Part shown: piece by piece, positions 52,762 through 62,344 of the stretch
Numbering within the stretch: the first letter of the stretch is position 1
Layout: each line of letters opens with the position of its first letter
Source of the DNA: an uncultured Solirubrobacterales bacterium
GTDB lineage: Bacteria > Actinomycetota > Thermoleophilia > Solirubrobacterales > Solirubrobacteraceae
Assembly (NCBI GenBank): GCA_963731435.1
Contig: CAVSVF010000005.1
Coordinates: forward strand, 25,526-89,525
Length of the DNA stretch: 64,000 bases
Direction: 5' to 3'
The notes under the pieces: model-generated
The model's input: only the letters and a program-made list of their open reading frames with translations
Databases searched by the model: none
What the model was told of the DNA's origin: nothing
Translations under genes and position numbers: made by a program

Positions 52762-52983
52762 ATGCCACTCCGGGCGATGCCCAGGGTCGGCGCCCCCGTC
52801 ACGGTCGTCTACCTGGATGCTCGCGTCAGCGGGATCGTTCACGAGGTCCTCGAGGGCGGTCGCCGCTTGATCGTTGCCACGGCGGACGGTGAGCAGATCG
52901 AGTTTCGGTTGCGACCGGCCACCGCCACGTTCACCGCCGATCAACGCTCTGGCGGTGCACGGCTGGTATTCGTGGAAGCGTGA
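52762..52983 (+). CDS. Small hypothetical protein
   Basis: 73 aa beta-rich ORF, GTGA-coupled to the next gene. Confidence 0.5.
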   Translation: MPLRAMPRVGAPVTVVYLDARVSGIVHEVLEGGRRLIVATADGEQIEFRLRPATATFTADQRSGGARLVFVEA

Positions 52984-53811
52984 TCCATTTCACGCTGACG
53001 ACGGCCGTGCTGCTGGGGCTGCTCGGGTTCGCCGTCGGTGCATTCGGGACGCTGGTCGGCGCGGGGGGCGGCTTCATCCTGACCCCGGTGCTGCTGCTGA
53101 TCTACCCCGGCACCAGCCCGGCGCTGATTACGGCGATCAGCCTGCTGGTCGTGTTCTTCAATGCCGGCTCGGGAACCGTGGCCTACGCTCGTCAGCGGCG
53201 GATCGACTTGCGCTCGGGCGTTGTGTTCGCGGTCTGCACCCTGCCGGGCTCCGTGCTGGGCGTGATCCTCGCCGGGAAGATCGCCCGCCCGGCCTTCGAC
53301 GTGATCATGGGGGTGAGCCTGGGGCTGCTGGCCGCCTGGCTGCTGACCGGCGCCGGCACCGCCGGCAGACAGAGCAGGCGACGCCGGCTCCCCGCGTGAG
53401 ATCACCGATCGTGATGGCAACGAGTACCGCTACCGGGTGAGGGTCCGCCTGGGGGGCGGGCTGAGCGTCCTCGTCGGCTTCATCTCAAGCTTCCTCGGGA
53501 TCGGTGGCGGCGTCGTGCACGTACCGATGATGGTCGGACTCCTCGGCGTGCCCACCCACATCGCCACGGCGACCTCGCACTTCGTGCTGGCCTTCATGGC
53601 CCTGGCCGCCTCCATCACCCATGTCCTCGCCGGCACATTCCACGGTGGGGTCGGACTGCGTCGGGCCGCGGCTCTGTCGGTGGGGGTGGTTCTGGGCGCG
53701 CAGGTGGGCGCATGGCTGTCCCGGCGCATCGAGGCGCCGATGATCGAGCGGCTGCTCGCCCTGGGACTGCTGGGTCTCAGCGTCCGGCTGGTCCTCAGCG
53801 TCGTGCTCTAG
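52980..53811 (+). CDS. Sulfite exporter TauE/SafE family (frameshift near 53365)
   Basis: GTLVGAGGGFILTP and SSFLGIGGGVVHVP repeats, ATATSHF. Confidence 0.88.
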
Positions 53812-53818
53812 CGGCCTC

Positions 53819-54421
53819 TCAGAGCAGCTGCAGCTGACGGAGCCGCGCCCGGAGCGCCGCCGGGGAGGTGAAGTGGATCGTCTGCATGCCGAGGCGTTCC
53901 GCGGTCTGGAGGTTGGCGGTTGAGTCATCGATCATCAGCGTCGTCTCCGGACGAAGACCGAAGCGCTCCAACATCCGGCGGAAAAGCTCGGGATCGGGCT
54001 TGGCCAGGCCCTCGTGGGCCGAGACGACAGTGCCGGCGAAGCGGCGCAGGAAAGGAAACCGGCGCAGTCGGCGCGGATACGTTTCCCGCTCCATGTTGGT
54101 GAGCGCATAGACCGGTACTGGCCGGTCCAGCAGCTCCTCCAGGATCTCCACCGTGCCAGTGATCTCCCCGCGGTCCATCTCCTCACTGCGCTGCTCCCAG
54201 GCCATGATCAGCTCGGCCTGCTCAGGGTGAGCCGCCAGGAGCCCTGCGGATGACTGCGCGAACGGGACACCGCGATCGTGGGCCGCGTGCCACTCCAGCG
54301 TGCACACCTCGGAGAGGAAGCGCTCCATCTCCCGCTCGTCATCGAACAGCTTGCGGTAGAGGTGGCGCGGGTCCCAGTCGATCAGCACGCCACCGATGTC
54401 GAAGACCACGGCGGTGACCAT
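53819..54421 (-). CDS. HAD family phosphatase
   Basis: VFDIGGVL, ALTN, KPDP, IDD. Confidence 0.92.
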   Translation of the reverse strand: MVTAVVFDIGGVLIDWDPRHLYRKLFDDEREMERFLSEVCTLEWHAAHDRGVPFAQSSAGLLAAHPEQAELIMAWEQRSEEMDRGEITGTVEILEELLDRPVPVYALTNMERETYPRRLRRFPFLRRFAGTVVSAHEGLAKPDPELFRRMLERFGLRPETTLMIDDSTANLQTAERLGMQTIHFTSPAALRARLRQLQLL

Positions 54422-54467
54422 GCTTCTGTTTACCCGGTTCGGGGCGGGTGGTTAGGCTTGGCTTGCG

Positions 54468-54890
54468 ATGCGTGCACTGGGGTCACTGGCGCTGGCCGGC
54501 GCCGGCGCTCTCTGCCTGCTGGCTGGTTGCGGTTCCAGCGGCCCGAAGCACTCAACCGCTGCGACGCACTGGACAGCGCTGCGGCGGGTGACCGTCACGA
54601 CCAGCCGGCCGCTGCCGCCGCCATATGGCGGGCCATTCACCACGTCGTTCACCACACGCGTCGAGCTGAGCCGGGTGACGACTGCGCTGAACACACACCG
54701 GATCTCGCAGGCGCCCGCGAGCACGTCGAATCCCGGGTGCGCCGGAGGCACCCGGATCGACATCACGATCGTTGAGATGCGGGGGAATCAGGTGCACCTC
54801 GCGTCCTACCAGTGCGCCAATCAGACCAGCGGTGACATCGCCGGAGATCTGACCGGCTTCCTCTCGGCCGCCGGAGTTTCGACGACCTAA
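54468..54890 (+). CDS. Putative lipoprotein
   Basis: Lipobox LLAGC; two downstream Cys. Confidence 0.7.
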   Translation: MRALGSLALAGAGALCLLAGCGSSGPKHSTAATHWTALRRVTVTTSRPLPPPYGGPFTTSFTTRVELSRVTTALNTHRISQAPASTSNPGCAGGTRIDITIVEMRGNQVHLASYQCANQTSGDIAGDLTGFLSAAGVSTT

Positions 54891-54906
54891 GACCGGCGGT
54901 CCACGC

Positions 54907-55320
54907 TCAGCACTGGATCCCTTCGGGACTGGCGGCCTCGCGCTCCAGCTCAGCGAGCGTGATCCCGGGCCGTTCCTGACGGCACAGGGACAGCTCCGAC
55001 TTGGCCTCGGCGATCTGCTTTGCCGTTGGACCGCCGGTGCCGCCGGAAGGCGACACTCCACCACTCGGCGGGGGGCTAGGGGCGGGCGGGGAGTGCTCGG
55101 AAGATGGGCTGGTGCCAGGTGCGCCGGAGGGGGATGTGGTCGGCGCCTTGGTGGCGGAGGTGGTGGTTGACGATGACGTCGCGGTGGGCGTAGACGACTG
55201 GGTTGATGTGGTCGCCGCCTTCGCGCTACTGGAGCTCGCTTTGCTCGAGCTCGAACTGCTGCCGCCGCACCCCGCCAGCGCGATAGCTGCGAGGCCGATG
55301 ATGATGAAGAGCTTTCTCAC
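54907..55320 (-). CDS. Putative Ser/Thr/Pro-rich lipoprotein
   Basis: MRKLFIIIGLAAIALAGC lipobox, low-complexity linker, small C-terminal two-Cys domain. Confidence 0.7.
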   Translation of the reverse strand: MRKLFIIIGLAAIALAGCGGSSSSSSKASSSSAKAATTSTQSSTPTATSSSTTTSATKAPTTSPSGAPGTSPSSEHSPPAPSPPPSGGVSPSGGTGGPTAKQIAEAKSELSLCRQERPGITLAELEREAASPEGIQC

Positions 55321-55433
55321 GTTTCCACCCTGGTCGGTTGCGGAAGGCGTGAGAGGTTAGCCCGCGTCGCGGGATTGAGCTCCCACGGGGTCGGGAAGGC
55401 CCAGGAAGTCCAGCGGAACCAAAGGGGAAGACC

Positions 55434-56730
55434 ATGGACTCGACTGTCACTGCTCGCGGCGGGAGTGCCCGCGGGCGCGCCGCGGTTGCCGTCGTGGCAC
55501 TCACCATCGCCAGCACGTCGGCGCTTCTGGCCGGCCCCGTGTCGGCGGCTACGCCCTCGGTGCCGATCACGCTGGGGATCCACGATGGCGCCATCAACAT
55601 GTGTGATCGCAATGGCGCCCAGACCACCCCGCCGACTCCCAAGGAGCTGGCGGCGGCTTCCAGCTCGTTCACCAACCGGTACTGGGCGGCGCTGAAGGTC
55701 GCCACCGTCCGGTTCAGTCCACCGTGGGATATCTGCCTACCACCATGACGGCGCGGCGAACTCGAGCGCCAACCGGAAGCTTGCGGTGACGCAGACCTGT
55801 CTGGGAGCCTGGCTCGCCGGCGCCGAGCGGGTCGGCGCCCGGCCGGAGATCGCTTTCAAGCCTGACCCCAACTACCACTCGCCCAATGGCGTGTTCGTCG
55901 GCGCGCCGGACATTCACACCTACCGTCTGGCGATCGACGCCTTCACCGCCGAATACAGCAATCCGGCGAGCACGGGGGCGATGGCAAGGGTCCAGATCAT
56001 CTCCCCGTGGGGGGAACCTGATTTGCCAGTAGGGGGCAAGGGCCGGATCTTCATGCCCAGGGGCGGCCATGAGTTCTCCGATCCCAACTGTCACGGCTCG
56101 CCGAACGTCAACACCTGCGGACCGATTCTGGCCGCCCACATGTGGCAGGCGGTGCATGCCAGTTGCAGCCAGTGCACCCTGCTGGGACAGTCCCCCGGGT
56201 CTGGAGTGATCGCCGGTGACTTCAGCAGCCTCGGTGGCATTCGGCGCCCGGAGGCGGGACGGCGAGGGTTGACCGGGTCCTACCTGGACACCTACCGGCG
56301 GAATCTCGGTGGAAACCGGCCAGTGGTATGGGCAGTGCATCCCTACAGCGACATCCAAGGATTCGAGAGCGCCTATGCAGCGCACCGACCGGCTCCTTCA
56401 AACACCCTCGTCGGCGCGTTCGCCCGGGACCTGAGCATCGTGGGCTACCACCAGCGGACGCAGATCTGGCTGAACGAGATCAGCGCCTTCCAGGGTTACA
56501 ACATGAGCGGTAGGCGCGAGAAGCACTGGACTGCGAAGGTGCAGGCGGCGGCGGGTCACTACCTGCTGTTCGGGCTTCCCTTTGCCGCTTCCGGTGTCCG
56601 CGAGCCCTCGGTGACCCGCGCGTACTACCTGAACTTCCAGGCGGCCGACCGAACCAACTCGCGGTGGGCCCTGGTACTCGACGGTGGTCGCAAGCCCCAG
56701 CCGATCTACAGGACGTTCACCCAGCGGTAG
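55434..56730 (+). CDS. Secreted clan GH-A-like glycoside hydrolase (frameshift near 55735)
   Basis: Signal peptide, VRFSPPWD, SPWGEPD, WAVHPY, IWLNE. Confidence 0.6.
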
Positions 56731-56748
56731 CTGCCTGCAGACGGACCG

Positions 56749-56783
56749 CCCCGGACGCCCGCCAGCAGCGCGGGCGTCCGGGG
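56749..56783. terminator. Bidirectional hairpin between convergent genes
   Basis: Perfect 14-bp stem CCCCGGACGCCCGC / GCGGGCGTCCGGGG, 7-nt loop. Confidence 0.75.
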
Positions 56784-56790
56784 ACGGAGC

Positions 56791-58308
56791 TCACAGCCGA
56801 TGCGTCCGGATCCTGCGGACGCGCTGGCAGCCGTGACGGCTGGCGTAGCGCATGCCCTCCGCGTTCACGTACGCGAGGTTGCGACCCTTGCCGCAGTCGA
56901 TGTAGACCACCAGCCCCGGACCGTAGATGCGGTCGTTACCGGTGCCCCCGGACAGGTGATCGCGGCCGGTGCCGACGTAGATGCGGTCGTTGCCTGGTCC
57001 TCCCCAGATGCGGTCGTTCCCGTTTCCAGCGGAGATGTTGTCGTTACCGGAATCACCCCAGACCCGATCGTTGCCGCGTCCGGCGGCGATGCGGTCGTTA
57101 CCGGAACCGCCGTGGACCTGGTCGTTGCCGTCGCCCACGAAGATGCGGTCGTTGCCCGAACCTCCCCAGACGACGCTGTTGCCGTCGCGCACTGAGATGC
57201 GGTCGTTGCCTGACCCGCCGTAGACGCGGTCGTTGCCGTTGCCGGCATAGATGCGGTCGTTGCCCGCCCCGCCGTCGATGCAATCGTTGCCGCCCTGCCC
57301 CGCGATCCGGTCATTGCCGCCGAGGCCAAGGATCCGGTCGGCGTGGACCGTGCCCTCGATGCGGTCGGCGTGGTTGGTTCCGACGATCGCGAACTGGGGG
57401 CCCTTCCCATAGAGACAGGCGCTGCGGTAGTGCTTGCGCGCCACCGACAGGGCAACCACGGTGGCGCCGGTTGGGCCCGCGAACGGACGGCTGACCACGA
57501 TGGTTCCGCCACCGGGGAGGATGATCTCGCAGAACTGGGTCGCGGGGACCAGGGTCGATCCGGCGGGGCATGGGCCGAGTGAGGTCCCGCCGCCACCGCC
57601 CCCGCCGCTGCCGCTGCCGCTCGTGCCCGCGCACGGGCTGGTCCCCGCCGTCGAGACGGTGGCCTCGCCGAGGACGTAGTCGCCAACTCCGGCGACGTGC
57701 ATGAACTCCAGCCGCTCGGTCAGGGAGGTGGGGGTCTGCACGCGCTGGTTGATGGTCACGTAGGACCCGCCCCCCAGCTGCGTCGTCTGCTCCGCCCCAG
57801 GACTGGACGGCCTCACCGTGGTGCCGTTGACTGTCGCCGCGCTCACGTCCGAGCTGCCGCTGGCAACCGGCTGGCCGTTCACGCACTCGTAGGAGGCCTG
57901 GGCCTGGGCCGGCCCGGCGATCGCCGCGGACTGGGCGCCCGAGTTGATCGTGCCGCCGTTGACCGACGCGACCGCGCTGGCCCCGGGGGCCTGCGATCCG
58001 ACCTGCGACTGCGTCGGCGCGTTGTATGTGTACGCGCCGCCGGGACCGGCTGTGCCCATTGTGCCCTCGCTTGCGTTGCCCGTGGTGCCGGAACTGGCCC
58101 CGGCGCTGTCGGTCACGCACGGTGACCCTGGCCGGTTGGCCACGTACGGCTCGACCGTGGGCAGGCCGCTGGTGGGTCTGACGGCCGACACGCTGGCGCG
58201 GCAGCCGAACGGGGTCGTGGCCGCAGCGGCCGAGCTCGCGCCCAGCAGGACGGCGGCGAGACCAACCATTGCCGCCAGGGCCTTGACGATGTGGTGTGCT
58301 CTGAACAC
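56791..58308 (-). CDS. Secreted protein with beta-rich N-terminal domain and RTX/hemolysin-type Ca-binding repeats
   Basis: Sec signal, Gly linker, about 15 GGxGNDxI nonapeptides; GGAGG SD before GTG 58308. Confidence 0.88.
   Translation of the reverse strand: MFRAHHIVKALAAMVGLAAVLLGASSAAAATTPFGCRASVSAVRPTSGLPTVEPYVANRPGSPCVTDSAGASSGTTGNASEGTMGTAGPGGAYTYNAPTQSQVGSQAPGASAVASVNGGTINSGAQSAAIAGPAQAQASYECVNGQPVASGSSDVSAATVNGTTVRPSSPGAEQTTQLGGGSYVTINQRVQTPTSLTERLEFMHVAGVGDYVLGEATVSTAGTSPCAGTSGSGSGGGGGGGTSLGPCPAGSTLVPATQFCEIILPGGGTIVVSRPFAGPTGATVVALSVARKHYRSACLYGKGPQFAIVGTNHADRIEGTVHADRILGLGGNDRIAGQGGNDCIDGGAGNDRIYAGNGNDRVYGGSGNDRISVRDGNSVVWGGSGNDRIFVGDGNDQVHGGSGNDRIAAGRGNDRVWGDSGNDNISAGNGNDRIWGGPGNDRIYVGTGRDHLSGGTGNDRIYGPGLVVYIDCGKGRNLAYVNAEGMRYASRHGCQRVRRIRTHRL
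56925..57345 (-). repeat. 27-bp coding repeats (RTX nonapeptides)
   Basis: Recurring gatgcggtcgttgcc units with 27/54-bp period. Confidence 0.85.
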
Positions 58309-58490
58309 GTTGCCTCCATGCTCGACTGACGCAGATCAGGTTCGTTTGATTCTGGGAGTGATGTTCGGCCGGATTCCGGTGCCAAAAACGAAAGTGGACG
58401 TTCGTATGAGTGGAGCTCCCGGCGCTAGTACGTCGGTCGAGTAGCGGTGATCCGCTTGTAACCGCCGTCCCTCGGGCCGACAGAGAACTC

Positions 58491-59876
58491 ATGGCTCTGC
58501 CCGAATGGCCCGCTGAACTGCTGCCGGTCCCCCCGCCGGAAGTCACCTTGTCCCCGCCCGCCGACGCCGGCGCTTCCCACTCGCCGGCGGCCACCGGCGT
58601 CGAGTCCCTGTCTTCCGACGCGCTGGCCCACCTGGCTGAGCTGGCCGGTGAGCCAACCCTCCGACGCGCAGTGGGCTGCGTGCGTGAGTTTCTCCGGATG
58701 GAGGTCGCCTTCCTGGGGGAGATCGCCGGCGAGCGCCAGGTCTTTCGCGTCGTGGACGGCGACGGGAGCTCGTTCGGGATCGAGGAGGGCGGCGAGTGGA
58801 AGCTGAAGGACACCTACTGCCAGCGGATGCTGGAGGGCCGGCTGCCGAGCCTCATCCCGGACGTCCAAGCGGACGAGCGGGCCGCCGCGCTTTCGCTGAG
58901 CGATACGGCGAAGGTGGGCTCGTTCGTCTCGATGCCGTTGCGCTTCCGCGCGGGCGAGCTCTATGGAACGCTCTGTGCCGCCAGTCACGATCCCAGAACC
59001 GATCTCGGCTATCAGCAGTTGCAGGCCCTCGGCGTGTTCGCCCGCATGGCCGGCGACATGCTGGAGCGGGCGGCGCTGGCGCAGCGGCTGGGCGATGCGC
59101 GGGTCCAAGGAGACCTGGTCGAGGTGCTGATCGCCGCGGCTGACAATCGCGACGCCTACTGCGTCCAGCACTCGAAGTGGGTGGTGGAGCGCGCGGTGCA
59201 GGTCGGCCGCAGGTTCGGGTTGACGCATGAGCAGCTTGCCGACGTGCGCAACCTCGCCCTCCTGCACAACGCCGGCAAGCTCGCGATCCCCGACGAGATC
59301 CTGCGCAAGCCTGGGCCGCTCAGCGACAGTGAGTGGAAAGTGATGCATGCGCATCCGATCGAGAGCGCCAAGCTGCTTGCCCGCGTACCGAGCCTGCGAC
59401 ACCTTGCCGCGGCGGTCCGTGCCTGCTACGAGCACTGGGACGGGAGTGGCTACCCCGACGGACTCGCCGGCGAGCAGATCCCGCTGGCCAGCCGCATCAT
59501 CCTCGTCTGCAACGCCTTCTGTGCTCTCACCAGCGATCGCTCCTACCGGCGGGCGCTCTCGCTGCAAGACGCCGCACATGAGCTGGTGGCGCACCGCGGC
59601 ACCCGGTTCTGCCCCCGCTCGGTCGATGCTTTGCTGGCAGCGCTCGAGTCCGATCCCGCCAGCGCGGTGGCCCTTGGTCAGGCCGACCGAGGCTCCTCCA
59701 CTCCGGACCCTGCCTCCAATGGGGCCCCCGCGTTTCACCGGGCGCGATGTGCCTGCCAGAACTGCGGAGCGCACACGATCAGCGCTGTGGGGTACAAGGT
59801 TGGCGGTCAGTGTCCCAACTGCGGCTCCTACGAACTGCGGGAGATCGGGCCGGCCGACGAGCAGCCGAGGCGCTGA
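58491..59876 (+). CDS. GAF + degenerate HD-GYP + C-terminal Zn-ribbon protein
   Basis: GAF (TYCQ, LYGTLCA); LHNAGK instead of LHDIGK; WDGSGYPDGL; CACQNC...CPNC. ATG 58491 preferred over GTG 58410. Confidence 0.85.
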   Translation: MALPEWPAELLPVPPPEVTLSPPADAGASHSPAATGVESLSSDALAHLAELAGEPTLRRAVGCVREFLRMEVAFLGEIAGERQVFRVVDGDGSSFGIEEGGEWKLKDTYCQRMLEGRLPSLIPDVQADERAAALSLSDTAKVGSFVSMPLRFRAGELYGTLCAASHDPRTDLGYQQLQALGVFARMAGDMLERAALAQRLGDARVQGDLVEVLIAAADNRDAYCVQHSKWVVERAVQVGRRFGLTHEQLADVRNLALLHNAGKLAIPDEILRKPGPLSDSEWKVMHAHPIESAKLLARVPSLRHLAAAVRACYEHWDGSGYPDGLAGEQIPLASRIILVCNAFCALTSDRSYRRALSLQDAAHELVAHRGTRFCPRSVDALLAALESDPASAVALGQADRGSSTPDPASNGAPAFHRARCACQNCGAHTISAVGYKVGGQCPNCGSYELREIGPADEQPRR

Positions 59877-59892
59877 GGATCCACCCCCGGCC

Positions 59893-59920
59893 TCAGGCCG
59901 CGTCTTCAACTAGCCGATAG
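59893..59920 (+). promoter_or_regulatory. Sigma28 (FliA/WhiG)-type promoter
   Basis: TCAG-N16-GCCGATAG; a related GCCGACAG lies at 58476-58483. Confidence 0.5.
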
Positions 59921-59999
59921 TCCCTGTACTGGGCGGCATTCGGCCACCCTCGGCGTTCCGCGGCGAACCACAGCCACATTCCTGCACCGATCCCCAGTC

Positions 60000-61279
60000 A
60001 TGGCGAAAGACCGATCTCGGCACGCTGAGCTGTCCGCCCGTGAAATCCTTGACAGCGCGGTGGACGCCTTCGTGTCGATCGACGCGGAGGGCCGAGTGCA
60101 GTGGTGGAACGAGGCGGCAGAGCGGATCTTCGGGTGGAGTTCGTCCGAAGCGCTCGGTGCCGAGCTGGCTGAGCTGATCATCCCCCCTGGGCTCCGCGCC
60201 GATCACCGTGCGGGGCTACAGCGCTGTCGCGCTACAGCTCCCGGAGGAGCAGCTGCGGCGCCGCATGCAGCTGCAGGCGGTTCGCCGCGATGGCACCGAG
60301 ATCCCGGTGGAGCTGAGCATCGTGGCTCTGTCCACGGAGGACGGTTTGACCTTCAACGCGTTCCTTCGGGACATCTCCGACCGGGTGGCGGCTGAAGCTG
60401 AGCTGCAGGACGCCGAGACCGTTTCGAGGGCGCCTTTCGCAACGCCCCAATCGGGGTCGCGCTCGTCGCCCACGACGGGCGCTTTCTGAGCGTCAACCCG
60501 GCCCTGTGCCAGTTTCTCGGTCGCACCGAGGACTGAGCTCCTGGCGTCCGATTTCCAGCAGCTGACCCACCCGGAGGATCTCGATCTCGACCTCTCGCTT
60601 TCCAAGGAGGTGCTGGAGGGCAAGCGCACCAGCTATCAGCTGGAGAAGCGCTACCGGCACGCCGAGGACGATGGGTCTGGGCGATGCTCAGCGTGTCGGT
60701 GGTGCGCGACAGCGACGGGGAGCCCTCCTACTTCGTCTCCCAGATCCAGGACATCACCGAGCGCAAGCACGCCGAGCAGGATCTGCGCCGTCAAACCGAG
60801 CAGCTGCTGACCATGGCCGGCCAGGATCCGATCACCGGCATGTGCGACCGCAACGCGTTCATGGTGCGCCTGGTCGAGGAGCACGAGCGGGCCGGGCGTT
60901 ACGGCCGGCGCACTGACGGTGCTCGCGGTTCAGCTGGCGGGACTCCCGAGGGCTGCGTGCGGCCTGCGGCGACACCCTCGGCGATGGCCGGCTGCGCGCG
61001 GTGGCCGCGGAGCTCGGTGAGCTCCTGCGGAGCTCCGACCTGATTTCGCGCGGGCCGGGCGACGGTTTTCTGGTGATGCTGCCCGAGTCCGGCGAGGAGG
61101 AGGCTGCTCGCAGCCTCGCCGAACGGCTGGACGAAGCCATCGGTGCCCTGGATCAGCGGCTGGAGCCGGTGTTCGGATCGGCGAGCTTCCCCAAGGTGGG
61201 GAGCGCCCGGCAGCTGATCGCGTTGGCCGAAGGCGACGCCTATGCCCAGCGGGAGCTGACGATGGCCGAAGGCGGATAG
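60000..61279 (+). CDS. PAS-PAS-degenerate GGDEF protein (multiple frameshifts)
   Basis: Two PAS/PAC domains ([11 protein letters not shown]; THPED...YQLEKRY...IQDITERK), [19 protein letters not shown]. Confidence 0.8.
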
Positions 61280-61287
61280 CCGGGTCG

Positions 61288-62330
61288 ATGGAGCTCAGCG
61301 CTCGATCCGGCGCGTGCTCCAGCTCGCCTGCGAGCAGCTGGGGATGAAGCATCGCCTATCTGGCTTCCCACGCCGACGGTGAGCAGCGCTTCCAGGCCAT
61401 CACCGGCGACGCCGCCGCCCTCGGTTTGAGCACCGACACCTCCATCCCGCTGGGGGAGACCTACTGCCAGTACATGCTGGACGGAAGGCTGCCCCATGTC
61501 GTCTCCGACACCCGGGAGCATCCGTCTGAGCGCGGACCTGGCAGCCACGCGCCAAGTCGGGGATCGTCGCGTACGTCGGGGTGCCGGTGACCGGCTATCG
61601 GACGGGCGGATATACGGCACGCTGTGCGCGGTCGACAAGGTCCCCCACCCGGACCTGGGCGAGCGTGAGCTGGCGCTGATGCGTTTCCTTGCCGCGACCG
61701 TCGAGCGAGCGGATCGAGCACGATCAGCACGCGGCCGAGCAGCGCTCGGTCTACAGCCAGAGCAGCGGCATCCACGCCCTGCTGGCCGCGCTCGATGCAC
61801 GTGACCGCTACACCTCCGAGCATTCCCAGCAGGTCGTCGCGCTGGCGGTGGCGGTCGCCGAGCGCCTGGGGCTGCCTGAGGAGACGGTGAGGGAGGTGGA
61901 GCAGATCGCCCTCCTGCATGACATCGGCAAGGTCGGGATTCCGGACGCCATCCTGCAGAAGCGCGGTCCGCTGAACGAGCAGGAGTGGGAGCTGATGCGC
62001 CAGCATCCGGTGATCGGAGCGCGGGTGCTGGAGGCGACCAGCACGCTCAGTCACCTGGCGCCTGCCGTACGTGGCGAGCACGAGCGGTGGGACGGCGCCG
62101 GCTACCCGGACGGCCTGGCCGGCACGGAGATACCGATCGCCAGCCGGATCACGCTGGCCTGCGACGCCTACCACGCCATGACCAGCGATCGGCCCTACCG
62201 AGATGCCCTGTCGCAGAGCGAGAGGCGCTGGCCGAGCTGGAGTTGCAACGCCGGCAGTCAGTTCGATCCCGCGGTGGTGAGCGCGCTGCTGGAGATCATT
62301 CCCAGTCAGCTCGCTGTCGTAAGTCACTGA
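61288..62330 (+). CDS. GAF + HD-GYP c-di-GMP phosphodiesterase (frameshifts in the GAF region)
   Basis: TYCQ and IYGTLCA GAF motifs; RDRYTSEHS, LLHDIGK, HERWDGAGYPDGL, DAYHAMTSDRPY. Confidence 0.85.
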
Positions 62331-62344
62331 GACCCCCGCAGATC

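Noticed and set aside
53390-53440. In-frame TGA as selenocysteine or read-through in tauE and other split genes
   Set aside because: Downstream homology continues in a different frame, so these are indels and not recoded stops.
56925-57345. Periodic repeats as a CRISPR array (also 35716-35945)
   Set aside because: Periods are multiples of 3, units are degenerate and lie within ORFs; no unique spacers or cas genes.
58375-58465. c-di-GMP-I (GEMM) riboswitch upstream of the HD-GYP gene (GCCAAAAACGAAAGTGGACG)
   Set aside because: Only superficial GCAAA/GAAA similarity; the stem around the GNRA loop and the tetraloop receptor cannot be formed. An Rfam cmscan would settle it.
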